A stretch of DNA of 64,000 nucleotides from Dysgonamonadaceae bacterium. GTDB taxonomy: Bacteria > Bacteroidota > Bacteroidia > Bacteroidales > Dysgonomonadaceae. Made by a program: the position numbers and the translations under genes. The stretch covers positions 374-64,373 of the forward strand of contig JAISYO010000043.1 in assembly GCA_031269865.1 (NCBI GenBank), written 5' to 3'. The notes below the pieces were generated by a model. The model saw only the letters and a list, made by a program, of their open reading frames with translations. It was not told the DNA's origin and ran no database searches. Positions 10,957-19,351 of the stretch are shown here, piece after piece. The stretch's first letter is position 1. Each line of letters begins with the position of its first letter.

Positions 10957-11020
10957 GGATGTTTGGGTACGCCGTCATTCCGTTCCGTGCCACGACACGG
11001 AATCTCACGCGGAATCCCCT
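10957..11020 (+). repeat. Mosaic repeat core: GGATGTTTGGG - GCCGTCATTCC - hairpin TTCCGTG/CACGGAA - GGAATCCCC (copy 2)
   Basis: Near-identical to 15781-15828. It is related to 2331-2404, 32214-32280, 38824-38878 (rc), 42351-42420 (rc) and 34503-34553 (rc). Confidence 0.85.
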
Positions 11021-11084
11021 AAACCATTATTTACGCCGCAGGCGTTGTATATCAATAAAAATGCAAACGTCGTCCACGCGCTTT

Positions 11085-11195
11085 TCCCCGTTAGGGGATA
11101 CACGGATTCAATTACGAATTTGTGAATGTCCTACGGACAATTGGGTTCGGGGGGGATACCTCTATTCTATTGATATAAATGCCCCGGCGGGCAAA
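11085..11195. repeat. Hairpin-array module ending in ATTCTATTGATAT plus a GC hairpin
   Basis: Hairpins CCCC-GTTA-GGGG, GTCC-TAC-GGAC and GCCC-CGGC-GGGC. The 13-mer ATTCTATTGATAT at 11164-11176 is also at 34415-34427. Confidence 0.7.
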
Positions 11196-11306
11196 AAAGA
11201 CAAACACCCACCCTTTTTCCTCTTCATTCTTAATTTTTAATTCGTAATTCGTAATTGTCTTCCCTCATTTTCAATTTTCAATTTTCAATTTTCATTAGAA
11301 TTTTCT

Positions 11307-11314
11307 TATCTTTG
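11307..11314 (+). promoter_or_regulatory. -7 promoter box TATCTTTG for lgt
   Basis: 26 nt upstream of the ATG at 11340. Confidence 0.5.
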
Positions 11315-11339
11315 TGCCACAAATTAAAACGAAAAAATT

Positions 11340-12179
11340 ATGCTACTAACCGTAACGTGGGACATAGATCCCACCCTTTTCAGCATTCTTGGGCGCGAAA
11401 TCCGTTGGTACGGACTGCTATGGGTTATCGGGCTGATAGTTGCCGTGTTCATCGTGCAACGTATCCTCACGACAGAAAAACGCCCCGAAAAATGGTTCGA
11501 CTCGCTATTCGTTTATATGATGGTGGGCATCATCGTGGGCGCGAGATTGGGGCATTGCCTCTTTTATACGCCCAAGGATTACCTCGCCCACCCGCTCGAA
11601 ATCCTGAAAATATGGGAAGGCGGGCTGGCGAGCCACGGCGGTGTCATCGGTATCATCATCGCGGTGTTGCTCTACTCGAAATACGTAACGAAAATCACGC
11701 CCTTGTGGACTTTCGATCGCGTGATGGTTCCCACCGGATTCACGGCGGCGATGATACGGCTCGGAAACCTGATGAACCACGAAATTTACGGCTGTCCCAC
11801 CGACGCACCGTGGGGTTTCCGCTTCATCACAAACATTCACTATTGGCAGGAAGGGGCTGCGCCCATCTATTCCGAGCCTTCGCACCCCACGCAGATATAC
11901 GAAGCCCTTGTCTATCTCGCGATTTTCGCCGTTACGATGCACCTCTATTGGAAAACCAAGGCGAAAGACAAGCCGGGCTTGATTCTCGGCGTGGGCATCA
12001 CGCTAATTTTCGTGGCGCGTTTCTTCATCGAATTTATTAAGAACGTGCAGGTTAATTCGGAAATCGCGATGCGCGACAGCACCGGGCTGATTCTTGGGCA
12101 ATGGCTCAGTATCCCCTTCATCGCGTGGGGCATTTGGCTCATTTGGAACGCCTGCCGAAAAGCCGAGAAATTGAAGTAA
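11340..12179 (+). CDS. lgt: Prolipoprotein diacylglyceryl transferase
   Basis: 279 aa polytopic membrane protein with blocks GLASHGGVIG, RLGNLMNHEIYG and HPTQIYEAL. Confidence 0.9.
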   Translation: MLLTVTWDIDPTLFSILGREIRWYGLLWVIGLIVAVFIVQRILTTEKRPEKWFDSLFVYMMVGIIVGARLGHCLFYTPKDYLAHPLEILKIWEGGLASHGGVIGIIIAVLLYSKYVTKITPLWTFDRVMVPTGFTAAMIRLGNLMNHEIYGCPTDAPWGFRFITNIHYWQEGAAPIYSEPSHPTQIYEALVYLAIFAVTMHLYWKTKAKDKPGLILGVGITLIFVARFFIEFIKNVQVNSEIAMRDSTGLILGQWLSIPFIAWGIWLIWNACRKAEKLK

Positions 12180-12210
12180 AAAATTATTTTTCAGGCATTT
12201 ATTTTTTATT

Positions 12211-13410
12211 ATGTACAAATCGTTCAACATTTCAGACAACATTTTTTACGTAGGGGTTAATGATCGCAGCAAACAGCTCTTCGAGAACATTTGGCCCCTG
12301 CCTAAAGGTGTGTCCTACAATTCCTACCTTATCCGCGACGAAAAAGTGGCGTTGATAGACGCCGTCGATATTTGCTATTCCGAATTATTCTTCAACAAAG
12401 TAGATGCGGTGTTGGGCAAAACGCCCATCGACTACCTCATCATCAACCACATGGAACCCGATCATTCGGGCGCGATAGCGTGGCTCGTCAATCGTTACCC
12501 CGACATACAAATCGTTGGGAACAACCGCAGCGCCGATATGCTGAAAGGATTCTACAACATTAGCGATAACGTGCTAATCATCAAGGATAAGGAAAGCCTC
12601 TCGTTGGGGAAATGCAACCTGCAATTTTTCCTCACGCCGATGGTGCATTGGCCCGAAACGATGATGACTTACGCCCAAGAATACAAAACGATTTTCACGG
12701 GCGACGCCTTCGGCTCTTTCGGCACGCTCGACGGGGCTGTCCTCGATTGGCAAACCGTCCCCGAAAAATACGAGGACGAAATGATACGCTACTATTCCAA
12801 CATTGTCGGGAAATACGGCTCTCAGGTGCAGGTGGCGTTGAAAAAATTGGCGGACGTGGAAATAGAAACCATCTGCTCTACGCACGGTCCGGTGTGGACG
12901 AAAAACGAGAACCTCGACAAAGTCGTCGCCCTCTACGACAAGCTCAGCCGATACGATTCCGACAAGGGATTAGTCATCGCCTACGGTAGTATGTATGGCA
13001 ACGTGGAACAGGTGGCGGAAGTCATCGCGGCGGAAGCCGCCGCCAACGGCATCAAACACATTGTGTTACACAACGTTTCGAAAAGCCACAATTCGGAAAT
13101 CCTTCGCGACATCTTCAAATACCGGGGCTTGCTCATCGGTTCGCCCACCTACAACAACAAGCTCTACCCCGGCGTTGAGTCCCTTCTTTCCGCCATTCAA
13201 AACAGGGCGATGAAGAACCGATATTTCGGGTATTTCGGCGGTTTTACCTGGGCGGGGGCTGCCGTCAAGCATTTGAAGGAATTTGCCGAGAACAGCGGTT
13301 TCGAAATCGTGGAACCGTCGGTGGAAATCAAGCAGTCGCTCAACGAAAGCACCTTCGAGAGTGCCGTCGCGCTCGGACGGAATATGGCGGAAAAATTAAA
13401 CAACCTCTAA
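12211..13410 (+). CDS. FprA-type flavodiiron protein (metallo-beta-lactamase fold plus flavodoxin domain)
   Basis: 399 aa with the di-iron motif HMEPDHSG and a C-terminal flavodoxin-like GSPTYNN block. Confidence 0.85.
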   Translation: MYKSFNISDNIFYVGVNDRSKQLFENIWPLPKGVSYNSYLIRDEKVALIDAVDICYSELFFNKVDAVLGKTPIDYLIINHMEPDHSGAIAWLVNRYPDIQIVGNNRSADMLKGFYNISDNVLIIKDKESLSLGKCNLQFFLTPMVHWPETMMTYAQEYKTIFTGDAFGSFGTLDGAVLDWQTVPEKYEDEMIRYYSNIVGKYGSQVQVALKKLADVEIETICSTHGPVWTKNENLDKVVALYDKLSRYDSDKGLVIAYGSMYGNVEQVAEVIAAEAAANGIKHIVLHNVSKSHNSEILRDIFKYRGLLIGSPTYNNKLYPGVESLLSAIQNRAMKNRYFGYFGGFTWAGAAVKHLKEFAENSGFEIVEPSVEIKQSLNESTFESAVALGRNMAEKLNNL

Positions 13411-13423
13411 AAAACAATAAATT

Positions 13424-14233
13424 ATGAGACTAATCATTCAGCCCGATGCGGATCTTATGGCACAATGGGCAGCCAATTACATCGCCGCAAAAATCAACAA
13501 GGCAAAGCCGACCCCCCAACAGCCCTTCAAGTTGGGCTTGCCCACCGGATCATCGCCCCTGAAAACTTACAAGGCACTCATCAAACTGTATGAGCAGGGG
13601 GCGGTTTCGTTCGCAAACGTCATCACGTTCAATATGGACGAATACGTGGGCTTGCCCCAAAGCCACCCCGAAAGCTACTACTCATTTATGTGGGATAACT
13701 TTTTCAGCCACATCGACATTCCGAAGGAAAACGTGCATATCCTCAACGGCAACGCGCTCGATTTGGAATTGGAATGTCGCGCCTACGAAGACACCATCAA
13801 AATGGTGGGCGGCATCGACCTGTTTTTGGGCGGCATCGGTCCCGACGGACACATCGCGTTCAACGAGCCGGGCTCGTCTTTGAATTCCCGCACCCGCGTG
13901 AAAACGCTGACTACCGACACCATCATCGCCAATTCGCGCTTCTTCGACAACGACGTGAACAAAGTTCCGAAAACGGCTCTTACCGTGGGCGTTGGCACGG
14001 TTCTCGACGCCAAAGAAGTGCTGATCCTTGTCAATGGGCACCACAAATCGCGAGCCTTGCGCCACGCGGTGGAAGGCGGAATCACGCAAATGTGGACGAT
14101 CAGCGCGTTGCAACTGCACCCGAAAGGCATCATCGTTTGCGACTACGACGCTTGCGCCGAACTGAAAGTGGGCACCTACAAGTATTTTCTCGACATCGAA
14201 CACGACAACCTTGATCCGCAAGCCTTGTTGTAA
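13424..14233 (+). CDS. nagB: Glucosamine-6-phosphate deaminase
   Basis: 269 aa with blocks [17 protein letters not shown] and [15 protein letters not shown]. Confidence 0.93.
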   Translation: MRLIIQPDADLMAQWAANYIAAKINKAKPTPQQPFKLGLPTGSSPLKTYKALIKLYEQGAVSFANVITFNMDEYVGLPQSHPESYYSFMWDNFFSHIDIPKENVHILNGNALDLELECRAYEDTIKMVGGIDLFLGGIGPDGHIAFNEPGSSLNSRTRVKTLTTDTIIANSRFFDNDVNKVPKTALTVGVGTVLDAKEVLILVNGHHKSRALRHAVEGGITQMWTISALQLHPKGIIVCDYDACAELKVGTYKYFLDIEHDNLDPQALL

Positions 14234-14251
14234 ACCAATAAAAACAGCACT

Positions 14252-15703
14252 ATGCCGACGACAGCCTTCCTGAAACGGACGGCCTTTGCCTGTCTGTTGA
14301 TTTCGCTTCCGCTAATCCTCGCCGCCCAAACGCCCTTGCAACAATTCCTGCGCAACCCGGCGTTGAAACACGCTTCGGTGGGCGTAAACGTGGTGGATTT
14401 GGGCAGCGGCAAAACCCTTTTGTCGCACAACGCCGAAAAATCGCTCACGCCCGCATCGGTTCAAAAGCTGATCACAACGGCGGCGGCGGTGGAAATGTTC
14501 GGCGCGGATTTCCGCTACACCACCCTTGTGGCGTTGGACAAAAACGATGCCTCGCGCATATTGGTTGTCGGCACGGGCGATCCGACACTCGGCAGCAGCG
14601 CGTTCGACGACAACCCCAACGCCTTCTTCATCAACTGCGCATCGGAACTGAAAAACAAATTGCCTGCGGACAAAAAATATTCGCTTTACGTGGTGGACAA
14701 CCTTTTCGGCTACGAGGGCGTTTCCCCCGAATGGACGTGGGTGGATATGGGAAATTATTATGCGGCAGGGGCTTACGGCATCAGCGTTTTCGACAATACC
14801 TACAACCTGTTTTTCAACACGACAAAGCGCGATTCCTGCCCTCAAATCCTTCGCACCGAACCTTCGATAAAAGGCTTAACTTTCGATAATTACCTGACGC
14901 TGAACACGTCTGGGCAAGACAACGGCTACATTTACGGCGCACCCTTCGCGGTTGAGCGAAGCGTTCGCGGCAATATCCCGGCAGGACGGGCAGAGTTCAG
15001 CATCAAGGGCGATATTCCCGATCCGGGCTTGTTGCTCGGCGAAACGATGGCGGAATACCTGCGCAATGCAGGTTTCGAAATCGAAAAAGTGGAAACGGCG
15101 CGAAAAAATTTCGTCGCGCAACTTTGCGAAACAGACAAAACCCTGCCTTACAGCATCGGCAAAACGCTTTTCGAACACCGTTCACGTCCGTTGAGTGAGA
15201 TTATCCGCGAAGTAAACGTGCAGAGCAACAACCATTACGCCGAACACCTGATCCGCAGCATCGGGCGAAGCAAAAACGCGGCGATTTACAGCGACGCCTT
15301 GCAGGAAGGCATTGATGCCACCGCCTTTTTTTGGAAGTCGAAAGGCATTGACACCGAGGCGCTAACAATGTACGACGGTTGCGGACTTGCCCCGCAAAAC
15401 ACCGTCAGCCCCAAATTCCTAACCCATTTACTGACGTATATGTACGCCGGAAAAAACGCCACCGTCTTTTTCGATTCGTTGCCGAAGGCAGGGGAAGAAG
15501 GCACGGTGCGCAGCTTTATGGCGAACACGGCGTATAAGGGTAAAATCCACGCGAAAAGCGGCAGCATCGGCGGTGTGCAGAGCTATGCCGGGTATCTGAT
15601 CGCGGACAACAAGAAATTGGCTTTTTCGGTAATGATCAATAAGTTCAACGGCACACGAACAGAGGTAAGGCATGCCGTCGAAAAGTTGTTGGCGGGGTTG
15701 TAA
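14252..15703 (+). CDS. dacB: D-alanyl-D-alanine carboxypeptidase/endopeptidase (PBP4, peptidase S13)
   Basis: 483 aa with a signal peptide, SxxK (ASVQK) and a KTG-like KSGS near the C-terminus. Confidence 0.8.
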   Translation: MPTTAFLKRTAFACLLISLPLILAAQTPLQQFLRNPALKHASVGVNVVDLGSGKTLLSHNAEKSLTPASVQKLITTAAAVEMFGADFRYTTLVALDKNDASRILVVGTGDPTLGSSAFDDNPNAFFINCASELKNKLPADKKYSLYVVDNLFGYEGVSPEWTWVDMGNYYAAGAYGISVFDNTYNLFFNTTKRDSCPQILRTEPSIKGLTFDNYLTLNTSGQDNGYIYGAPFAVERSVRGNIPAGRAEFSIKGDIPDPGLLLGETMAEYLRNAGFEIEKVETARKNFVAQLCETDKTLPYSIGKTLFEHRSRPLSEIIREVNVQSNNHYAEHLIRSIGRSKNAAIYSDALQEGIDATAFFWKSKGIDTEALTMYDGCGLAPQNTVSPKFLTHLLTYMYAGKNATVFFDSLPKAGEEGTVRSFMANTAYKGKIHAKSGSIGGVQSYAGYLIADNKKLAFSVMINKFNGTRTEVRHAVEKLLAGL

Positions 15704-15760
15704 ATTACGAATGAAAGGGTAAAGGGTTAAGAGTAAAAGGTTAAGGGGGGGGATTTGCGA

Positions 15761-15828
15761 ATGTGCTTAATAAAGGTTTTCCGTCATTCCGTTTCGTGCC
15801 ACGACACGGAATCTCACACGGAATCCCC
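15761..15828 (+). repeat. Mosaic repeat (copy 3): ATGTGCTTAATAAAGGTTTTCCGTCATTCC - hairpin - GGAATCCCC
   Basis: It directly follows the stop-rich word tract 15704-15750 after the dacB stop. It is paralogous to 2331-2404 and 10971-11020. Confidence 0.85.
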
Positions 15829-15960
15829 TAAAATTCAATTTTTATACTATTGTATTTCAACTATTTAGTGTATTTATTTGCTAAAACTATACTTTTCAAG
15901 CTATTTTCAGCAAATAATTTTATCTAAGCATTGATTGATAGGATTTTGATAATTCCCCTC

Positions 15961-16521
15961 TTATTCCTTTATTATTTCTTCCAATTCCACCTCGAAAACC
16001 AAGGTGGTGTATCCTTCTATCGTTTGGCTGCTGCCACTATACCCCGACGAACCGTAGCCCAATTTCCAAGGAATCCAAACTTCCCATTTATCCCCCACAA
16101 CCATATATTGAAGGGCGGTGGAAAAACCGTCCACGACATTCGATACCGAAAAGGTGGCAGGTATTTCGAGGGACTTGTCAAATTCTATTTTATTGGTAAT
16201 GAAGTTCCCGTTGCTCTCATCAACGTAAGTATCCCCTTTTGTCCAATCGAATCTTTTGTACCAACCCACGTATTTAACCTTTACCTTGTCAGAGAAAAGG
16301 GGGCTTTCGGTTCCGCTTCCCGCTTTCAACACCTTATAGGCGATGGAACCGTTCTTCGATTGCGATTCCAACTTCGTGTAGCCGGAACTTGCGGCGGTTT
16401 TTGCAAAGGCGGCTTCGTTTGCCTCTTTCCACACCGTGTCGATTTCTTCTTTGTCTTTTTCGCAAGCCGAGAAAAGCAGGGCGGAAGCGAAAAGGAAGAA
16501 TACTAAATGTTTCAGTTTCAT
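15961..16521 (-). CDS. FKBP-type peptidyl-prolyl isomerase, lipoprotein
   Basis: 186 aa with lipobox LLFSAC and a C-terminal FKBP block (GYGSSG...TLVFEVELEEI). Confidence 0.7.
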   Translation of the reverse strand: MKLKHLVFFLFASALLFSACEKDKEEIDTVWKEANEAAFAKTAASSGYTKLESQSKNGSIAYKVLKAGSGTESPLFSDKVKVKYVGWYKRFDWTKGDTYVDESNGNFITNKIEFDKSLEIPATFSVSNVVDGFSTALQYMVVGDKWEVWIPWKLGYGSSGYSGSSQTIEGYTTLVFEVELEEIIKE

Positions 16522-16522
16522 T

Positions 16523-18067
16523 TTATTCTGCTATTTTTTTCAATAAATGTTTCAAATCGGTTTGTTTGGCAATCGCATCGCCGAGCGAATCAATGACGGC
16601 ACGTTCCTGCGCCATCGTGTCGCGATGACGGATCGTTACCGTGTTGTCTTCCAACGTTTGATGATCAACCGTTACGCAGAACGGCGTCCCGATGGCATCT
16701 TGACGGCGGTAGCGTTTGCCGATGCTGTCTTTCTCGTCGTACTGACAGGCGAAATCAAATTTGAGCGAGTCGATGATTTCACGCGCTTTTTCGGGCAGTC
16801 CGTCTTTTTTTACCAAGGGCAACACCGCCAATTTCACGGGGGCGAGCATCGGCGGCAGTTTCAGCACCACGCGGCTGTCATTTTCGAGTTGTTCCTCGTG
16901 ATACGCGGCAGCGAGCACGGAAAGGAACATTCTATCGACACCGATGGACGTTTCAATCACGTAAGGGACGTAGGATTTATTGAGTTCGGGATCGAAGTAT
17001 TGCAGTTTCTTGCCGGAATACTTTTCGTGGCTGCCCAAATCGAAATCGGTGCGGGAATGAATCCCTTCCACCTCTTTGAAGCCGAAAGGCATCTCAAACT
17101 CAATGTCGGTGGCGGCGTTGGCGTAATGCGCCAACTTGTCGTGATCGTGAAAACGATATTTTTCCGCACCGAAACCCAAGGCTTGATGCCACGCCATACG
17201 CAGTTTTTTCCAATACTCGAACCACTTCAATTCCTCGCCCGGCTGAACGAAGAACTGCATTTCCATCTGCTCAAATTCGCGCATACGGAAAATAAATTGC
17301 CTGGCAACTATCTCATTTCTAAAAGCCTTGCCAATTTGTGCGATGCCGAAGGGGATTTTCATACGTCCCGTTTTCTGCACGTTGAGGAAATTCACGAAAA
17401 TGCCCTGCGCCGTTTCGGGACGAAGATAAACTTTCATCGCGCCGTCGGCGGTGGAACCCATCTCGGTGGAAAACATCAGGTTGAACTGCCGTACTTCCGT
17501 CCAATTTCTTGTGCCTGAAATGGGGCAAACAATCTCTTCATCGACAATGATTTGGCGAAGCTCTTCGAGGTTCGTTTCGTTCAAGGCTTTGGCGAAACGG
17601 GAATGCACCTCGTCGCGTTTCGCCTGATTTTCAAGCACGCGAGGGTTGGTTTCGCGGAATTTTTGTTCGTCGAAACTCTCGCCGAAGCGTTTGGCGGCTT
17701 TTTCAACTTCCTTGTTGATTTTATCGTCGATTTTCGCAAGGTATTCTTCGATCAGCACGTCGGCGCGGTAGCGCTTCTTGCTGTCCTTGTTGTCGATGAG
17801 CGGATCGTTGAAGGCATCTACGTGTCCCGAAGCCTTCCAAATGGTGGGGTGCATAAATATCGCAGAATCAATGCCTACCACGTTTTCGTGCAGCAAAGTC
17901 ATACTTTCCCACCAATACTTTTTAATGTTGTTTTTCAGCTCAACGCCCATCTGTCCGTAATCATAGACTGCGCTAAGCCCGTCGTAAATCTCGCTCGATT
18001 GGAACACAAAACCGTATTCCTTGCTATGCGAAACCAATTTTTTAAAAACGTCTTCCTGTTGTGCCAT
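16523..18067 (-). CDS. glyQS: Glycine--tRNA ligase (alpha2 type)
   Basis: 514 aa with class II motifs (FRNEI, FRMREFEQME) and a C-terminal anticodon-binding domain. Confidence 0.95.
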   Translation of the reverse strand: MAQQEDVFKKLVSHSKEYGFVFQSSEIYDGLSAVYDYGQMGVELKNNIKKYWWESMTLLHENVVGIDSAIFMHPTIWKASGHVDAFNDPLIDNKDSKKRYRADVLIEEYLAKIDDKINKEVEKAAKRFGESFDEQKFRETNPRVLENQAKRDEVHSRFAKALNETNLEELRQIIVDEEIVCPISGTRNWTEVRQFNLMFSTEMGSTADGAMKVYLRPETAQGIFVNFLNVQKTGRMKIPFGIAQIGKAFRNEIVARQFIFRMREFEQMEMQFFVQPGEELKWFEYWKKLRMAWHQALGFGAEKYRFHDHDKLAHYANAATDIEFEMPFGFKEVEGIHSRTDFDLGSHEKYSGKKLQYFDPELNKSYVPYVIETSIGVDRMFLSVLAAAYHEEQLENDSRVVLKLPPMLAPVKLAVLPLVKKDGLPEKAREIIDSLKFDFACQYDEKDSIGKRYRRQDAIGTPFCVTVDHQTLEDNTVTIRHRDTMAQERAVIDSLGDAIAKQTDLKHLLKKIAE

Positions 18068-18263
18068 ACGTTTGCGTATAGGATTATCCTATTTATTTTT
18101 ACTTTTCATTCTTAAAATACCCCGATTGAAATCGGGGGGGGTTATTAAACCTTGTAAAGGTTTTCCGTACATCGTATCGGTGTGCAAAGTAAATGCTTTT
18201 TTTTGAAAAATGCGTATGCTTTTTCCTAATATGCTTTAATTTCTTGCGCCGAGAATAGATTTT

Positions 18264-18378
18264 ACCCGTTGGCGGAATTAAAAAAGCGCATACTTTAATT
18301 GTCCTATTTGCCTATTATTTAATTGATATACAGCTTTTTATATCATTATTTTTTTTATTATTAATTCCGCCAACGGGT
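18264..18378. repeat. Perfect 18-bp inverted repeat ACCCGTTGGCGGAATTAA / TTAATTCCGCCAACGGGT flanking 79 bp of AT-rich DNA
   Basis: Arms at 18264-18281 and 18361-18378, read directly. It abuts the truncation point of the IS110 relic. Confidence 0.85.
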
Positions 18379-18559
18379 TAGATTTAAATAGATACTTGTA
18401 CTTTCCATCGCTACCCGACCGCAGCCATATTCTACCAGCGTTTTCGAGTTCCGGGGTGAGCGTCCCGTAACGTCCCTCTAAATTTTTTTCGCCCTGTTCG
18501 TCCAATATACACGCAAATACACTATCTTTGTGCACGTCAAGGCCACAACATCTGTCCAT
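18338..18559 (-). pseudogene. IS110-family transposase N-terminal relic
   Basis: The first ~45 aa, MDRCCGLDVHKDSVFACILDEQGEK...TLTPELEN, match the IS110 DEDD N-terminus (G-[IL]-D-V-[HS]-K-D-S). The rest of the ~350 aa protein is absent. Confidence 0.55.
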
Positions 18560-18600
18560 AAACTTACATTTTAATTGTGAAACAATTATTTTTATCGCTG

Positions 18601-18608
18601 CAAAGATA
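18601..18608 (-). promoter_or_regulatory. -7 box TATCTTTG upstream of the IS110 relic
   Basis: Plus strand reads CAAAGATA, 42 nt upstream of the ATG at 18559. Confidence 0.35.
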
Positions 18609-18807
18609 GCTATTGTACTTCGAGTACGGCAGTAAGCGCGACAGGGGTGGCCTTGATTTTTATCTCACGCGCTTGGAAAACCCAAGTTTTTCATCTAATT
18701 TTGCTCCCGATTTTGAACAGAGTTTAAAGGAACTTCGGCTCTGTGAAGAAATTAAAAACGAAAAATTAGATTTAGAAGTTCCCAAAAATTTAAACGAGTT
18801 CTAAATA

Positions 18808-19179
18808 TTGAAAGTTATAAAAAAAAATCAAAATTTACGAGTTGTCTTGATTAATGCGTTGAGCGCGTTAACATTAATTTTTAGTTCCTTTTCTTGTAGC
18901 GATGATTATGATTATAAAATCATGACATTAAAAGTTGGTACACAAAAGGTAAAGTATGAGATTCCATTTGGCGGTTCAACCGTAATGGGCTATGCCGTTA
19001 CCGATTCAGACAACAATAAATTTGCAATTAATTATATACATGACTTTGAGGATAAATATGAAGAAGGATATGAATATGTTATTAAAGTGAAGGCTATTAG
19101 CAGCAAAAAGTACATAGGAGAAGATGTACTTAGTCCTTCTTATTATCTTATAAAGATTATAAGCAAAGTGAAAGTATAA
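18808..19179 (+). CDS. Small hypothetical lipoprotein (possibly DUF4377-like) in visibly AT-rich DNA
   Basis: 123 aa with a signal peptide, lipobox FSSFSC, and an EEGYEYVIKVKA block. The domain assignment is from memory only. Confidence 0.45.
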   Translation: MKVIKKNQNLRVVLINALSALTLIFSSFSCSDDYDYKIMTLKVGTQKVKYEIPFGGSTVMGYAVTDSDNNKFAINYIHDFEDKYEEGYEYVIKVKAISSKKYIGEDVLSPSYYLIKIISKVKV

Positions 19180-19351
19180 CCTCAGTTTCGGACAAGATAT
19201 TTTTTTAGTATGAATATCCGCAAAGAGACCTATCGTCTAAAAAGTATCCATATTGGTTTGGCATCGTATAAGGACGAAATTAGGCTTATGAATCAGACGG
19301 AAAATGTTATTTTTGCAAATCAAAAATTTTTAATTCATCCACACACGAGAT

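Noticed and set aside
18560-18800. IS110 'bridge/guide' non-coding RNA upstream of the IS110 transposase fragment
   Set aside because: Only about 45 codons of the recombinase remain and no element ends are recognisable. The upstream segment shows just one short hairpin (GTACT-TCG-AGTAC). There is no basis for calling a functional guide RNA.
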